Of a DNA stretch of 64,000 bases, positions 60,916 through 64,000 are shown piece by piece; position 1 is the stretch's first letter; the number at the start of each line of letters is the position of its first letter. A model generated the notes under the pieces. That model saw nothing but the letters and a program-made list of their open reading frames with translations. It was not told the origin of the DNA and ran no database searches. The translations under genes and the position numbers were made by a program. Origin of the DNA: an uncultured Alphaproteobacteria bacterium. GTDB lineage: Bacteria > Pseudomonadota > Alphaproteobacteria > HIMB59 > GCA-002718135. Location of the stretch: assembly GCA_902623255.1 (NCBI GenBank), contig CACNSY010000002.1, forward strand, positions 100,408 to 164,407, given 5' to 3'.

Positions 60916-61541
60916 ACGGAACAGTAGTAAAAAACCAGCTAATATTTGACTTTGCTTCTGGAATATTAGGTCCAGCAAAGTCTTTATTTGCCTCAACATA
61001 TTTAGAATTAAACTCAGATGCCTCTAAAATCGGTAGTACATTTGAAAATATGTTGGGTGAAAACCTTATGGATAACGAAAACATTCATCCTAAAAATTTA
61101 AAATATACTGACTGTATGAATAATAAAAATATTAAATCTGATTCAAATCTTAAAGATCCAGTAACTAGCTTTTTTGGAAACCTAAATAATTTAAATTGGA
61201 AACAAGTTTATAAGGGTTTCAAAGAGTTTACCGCATCTATTGATGATAAAGATGAATTGAAATTAATAAAAATGGATCCTGGAGTTTCTGTACCGCTGCA
61301 CTCACATGGTGGAAAAGAGTATATATTAGTGTTAGAAGGTAGTTTCTGTGATGAATATGGTACGTACTCTAGAGGTGATATTCAGATAAATGACCAAAAA
61401 ATAAAACATACCCCAATAGCTTCAAAAGAAACAGGCTGTGTATGCTTAAGTATTACCGAAAAAGACGTAATATTCTTTGGCAAGTATGGATCTTTCTTAA
61501 ATTTATTTACATTTATTAAATCTTTTTTTAAGCAAAAATAA
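60912..61541 (+). CDS. ChrR-like anti-sigma factor with a C-terminal cupin domain
   Basis: 209 aa. The N-terminal region aligns with the ChrR anti-sigma domain, and the cupin motif is LHSHGGKEYILVLEG ... GD ... KHTP. It is translationally coupled to the ECF sigma gene. Confidence 0.7.
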   Translation: MNGTVVKNQLIFDFASGILGPAKSLFASTYLELNSDASKIGSTFENMLGENLMDNENIHPKNLKYTDCMNNKNIKSDSNLKDPVTSFFGNLNNLNWKQVYKGFKEFTASIDDKDELKLIKMDPGVSVPLHSHGGKEYILVLEGSFCDEYGTYSRGDIQINDQKIKHTPIASKETGCVCLSITEKDVIFFGKYGSFLNLFTFIKSFFKQK

Positions 61542-61565
61542 ACCCATTATTGTATAACTTCATAC

Positions 61566-62561
61566 GTGTCTAAGATTCACGTAGATTTTGTTAGGGGTAA
61601 AAGAGTTGAAAGCACCCATGAGGTTAAGGCGTTAGTGACAAATATCAATGGTAAAATTTTATTATCTACAAATAATGATAATGAATATTTTTTTCCTAGA
61701 TCATCAATTAAAATATTTCAAGCAATTCCATTTGCAATGTCAAATGCAATCAAAAATTATAAATTAAATAATAAACATATAGCTTTAGCTTGTGCTTCAC
61801 ACAAAGGAGAAAAATTTCATATAAAAGAGTTAAAAAAATGGGTTGCAAAAATAAATATAAAAACAAAAAATTTACAATGTGGAATTCATGCACCATTAGA
61901 TAAAAACGCCTCTGAGAAAATAATATATTCTAGAAAAAAATTTAACGAACTACATAACAATTGTGCAGGAAAACACTTAGGTATGTTAACAAGCTGTTTG
62001 ATCAATAATCAGAGCATTACAAACTATCTTGATTATAATCACGCGCATCAAAAAAATATTAGAAAAATTTTTAATAAGTTTACAGAAAGCAAATTATCAA
62101 AGAAAAATTTTTCTCTAGATGGTTGTAGTGCGCCACAATACTCATTTAAAATTAAATCTATATCAAGAGCATTAAATAATTTAATTAAAAGTTATAAGAA
62201 TAATTATGAGTATACTGATCAAGTAAGAACTTTGGTTAATTCCATTTTGGAAAATCCTGAATTTATTGGAGGAACAGTGAGTTTTGATACAAAGGTAATA
62301 AAAGCTTCGAAAGGAAAAATATTTTGTAAAAGTGGGGCTGAGGGTGTTTTTTTATTTGTTGATTTCCAAAAGGAAATTAGTGGGATAATTAAAATTACAG
62401 ATGGAAATGAAAGAGCTATTCCAATTGCTATACTAAATATTTTTAAAAAATTTAAAGTTATGAGCAAAGTAGAATTAAAAAATTTAGAAAAAAAAGAAAA
62501 GTTTGAGTTAAAAAATCATGCAGGTAGAAATATTGGTCATATCAACCTTACAATGAAATAA
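61566..62561 (+). CDS. asparaginase II family (PF06089-like) protein
   Basis: 331 aa with a GTG start. The pattern VESTH....V.......G......FPRSS.K.FQA.P and CASH.GE resembles Rhizobium-type L-asparaginase II. Confidence 0.65.
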   Translation: MSKIHVDFVRGKRVESTHEVKALVTNINGKILLSTNNDNEYFFPRSSIKIFQAIPFAMSNAIKNYKLNNKHIALACASHKGEKFHIKELKKWVAKINIKTKNLQCGIHAPLDKNASEKIIYSRKKFNELHNNCAGKHLGMLTSCLINNQSITNYLDYNHAHQKNIRKIFNKFTESKLSKKNFSLDGCSAPQYSFKIKSISRALNNLIKSYKNNYEYTDQVRTLVNSILENPEFIGGTVSFDTKVIKASKGKIFCKSGAEGVFLFVDFQKEISGIIKITDGNERAIPIAILNIFKKFKVMSKVELKNLEKKEKFELKNHAGRNIGHINLTMK

Positions 62562-62979
62562 AAAATAAAAATAGGATAATCAAAATCGTTAAAGGTAACC
62601 TGAGATAATAAAATGCCTGTTTATTTGTTTCGTTTGCAAATAATATAATATAGTCAAAAAATAACTGAGTTAACAAAAGTAGAATTATTAAAATAAAAAT
62701 TATTAAAATATTAATGTTAAGAAGGCTTAATATAATAATTATAACAGCAAATAAGCTAGGCAAAAAACCGTATATTACTATATGAGTGGGTGGATTATTT
62801 TTCAAATTCCAGTTTATTGATCCAATAAAAACAATTATAATTAGACTATAGTAAGTAACAAAATTAAGTAGGTCTTCTTCCTCAACTACTAAAAAATAGT
62901 ATTTATCTAAAAAAGTTAAAACATATGGTATTAATCCGAAATATGAAATTAGAAACTGAAAATTAATTTTTTTGGACAT
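62548..62979 (-). CDS. small polytopic membrane protein (DUF3429-like)
   Basis: 143 aa with 4 TM segments. Its 3' end overlaps the convergent gene by 14 nt. Confidence 0.45.
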   Translation of the reverse strand: MSKKINFQFLISYFGLIPYVLTFLDKYYFLVVEEEDLLNFVTYYSLIIIVFIGSINWNLKNNPPTHIVIYGFLPSLFAVIIIILSLLNINILIIFILIILLLLTQLFFDYIILFANETNKQAFYYLRLPLTILIILFLFFISL

Positions 62980-62984
62980 TTTGT

Positions 62985-63860
62985 ATGATTAAAAAAAGTA
63001 TCATTATAGAAATTGAAAAACTTTTAGATAATAAAAAAATTATAGATAGCAAGTTATTATCAGACTCTTTTGGTATTAATTGTTTAAAAATTATTACAAA
63101 TGACAGTAAGGAGTTTATTGTTAAGTATTATTACAAAAATAATGATAAATTTAATGCTATAAAATCTGAAAAAGATAATCTTGTATTTTTTAATAAACAA
63201 AAGTTTAATTATTTTCCAAATATCATTAACTATAATGATAGATTTCTAATCATGTCATTCATAAGTAATAATGATGATCAACCAGAAAAAACAAATGTTG
63301 ATTTGTTAAATTCCATAATTTCTATTCATTCAATAAAGAATCAAGATTATGGTTTTGATTTTGATACACAGATTGGTGGTTTAAAGCAGATAAATTCTAA
63401 ATCTAAAAATTGGAAAGAGTTCTATACAGATAAAAGACTATCTTACATTTTTGATTTAGTTAACAAAAATAAGCCTATGGATAAATCAATTAATACTAAA
63501 ATTGATTTATTGATTAAAAAAATGGATAATTTTATTCCAACTAATCCAAGACCATCTTTATTACACGGTGATTTATGGGAAGGAAATATACTTTTTAAAA
63601 ATAAAAAGTTTGTAGGTTTTATTGACCCGGGATCATTTTATGGTCACAATGAATTAGAAGTTTCTTATTTGAGGTGGTTTAACCCGAAATTTATTGATAA
63701 TAATTTTTTAAATAAATACAACGATCATATCAAAGTTGATAAATATTATTTAGAATATGAACCAGTTTATCAATTGTATTATTCATTATTAAATGTTTAT
63801 TTATGGGATAGAAGATATGTTGAGGATGTTCGTAGGTTATTAGATAAAATTAAAATATAA
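62985..63860 (+). CDS. fructosamine/ketosamine-3-kinase family protein
   Basis: 291 aa with the motif LLHGDLWEGNILF...GFIDPGSFYGHNELEVSYL, typical of the fructosamine kinase (APH-like) family. Confidence 0.8.
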   Translation: MIKKSIIIEIEKLLDNKKIIDSKLLSDSFGINCLKIITNDSKEFIVKYYYKNNDKFNAIKSEKDNLVFFNKQKFNYFPNIINYNDRFLIMSFISNNDDQPEKTNVDLLNSIISIHSIKNQDYGFDFDTQIGGLKQINSKSKNWKEFYTDKRLSYIFDLVNKNKPMDKSINTKIDLLIKKMDNFIPTNPRPSLLHGDLWEGNILFKNKKFVGFIDPGSFYGHNELEVSYLRWFNPKFIDNNFLNKYNDHIKVDKYYLEYEPVYQLYYSLLNVYLWDRRYVEDVRRLLDKIKI

Positions 63861-63863
63861 TGA

Positions 63864-64000
63864 TTAAACACAAGGATTAGGATCAGATAAGTGTATGTCT
63901 TCAATTTCTTTTAATATTTCTTTTGAAAGCGTTATATCAATGCTATCTATATTTTCTTTAAGTTGGTCCATAGTTGTAGCACCAATTATATTGCTAGTAA
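63864..64000 (-). CDS. aldo/keto reductase (Tas-like), C-terminal fragment cut by the window edge
   Basis: The reverse translation ...SNIIGATTMDQLKENIDSIDITLSKEILKEIEDIHLSDPNPCV* matches AKR C-termini (IIGA....QL.ENI). Confidence 0.6.
   Translation of the reverse strand, partial: TSNIIGATTMDQLKENIDSIDITLSKEILKEIEDIHLSDPNPCV

Overview
The window looks like a chromosomal core region of a very AT-rich, streamlined marine alphaproteobacterium. Gene content, gene order and extreme compaction fit Pelagibacterales (SAR11), but that assignment is inference only. I call about 70 protein genes, one tRNA and a few terminators, and most genes abut or overlap by 1-14 nt. The main blocks are as follows. 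(1) An 11-gene TCA cluster on the minus strand, sdhCDAB-mdh-sucCDAB-lpdA (1494-13440). (2) A small accessory-like block of hydrolase, ZapE, MFS, UDG, DUF924, nucleoside hydrolase and DUF218 (13771-20085). (3) tRNA-Arg. (4) An uninterrupted minus-strand run, ffh-rpsP-rimM-trmD-rplS-leuCDB-asd. (5) dapF-mtaB-ftsY-yciB, pgk, gcrA, dxs, panB, a carbonic anhydrase and dusA. (6) rpoH, a degenerate phosphatase-like gene, carD, fdxA, a TerB-like gene, a SUV3-like helicase and acnA. (7) A complete ccmABCDEFGH operon, including a 34-aa ccmD that the ORF track missed. (8) An orphan ABC substrate-binding protein, yggT, folD, argG, an ECF sigma/ChrR-like pair, and asparaginase-II-like and fructosamine-kinase-like genes. 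I saw no rRNA, CRISPR array, transposase, integrase, phage genes or recognisable defence system, and I cannot point to a clear novel multi-gene system. The most interesting items are listed here. (a) A G+C-enriched, foldable ~136-nt candidate sRNA lies in the unusually long spacer upstream of the TCA cluster. (b) A 58-aa protein that is about 74% lysine has its own promoter, a strong SD, a possible SD/anti-SD leader and stacked terminators. (c) Ribosomal proteins S16 and L19 carry long acidic Ala/Glu/Lys/Pro tails that share a module, and the S16 tail contains three perfect 54-bp tandem repeats. (d) A PPP-phosphatase homologue has every metal/catalytic motif substituted. (e) A ChrR-like anti-sigma factor lacks all four N-terminal zinc ligands but keeps the cupin metal site. 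All functional calls rest on motif recognition by eye, and no database search was run.
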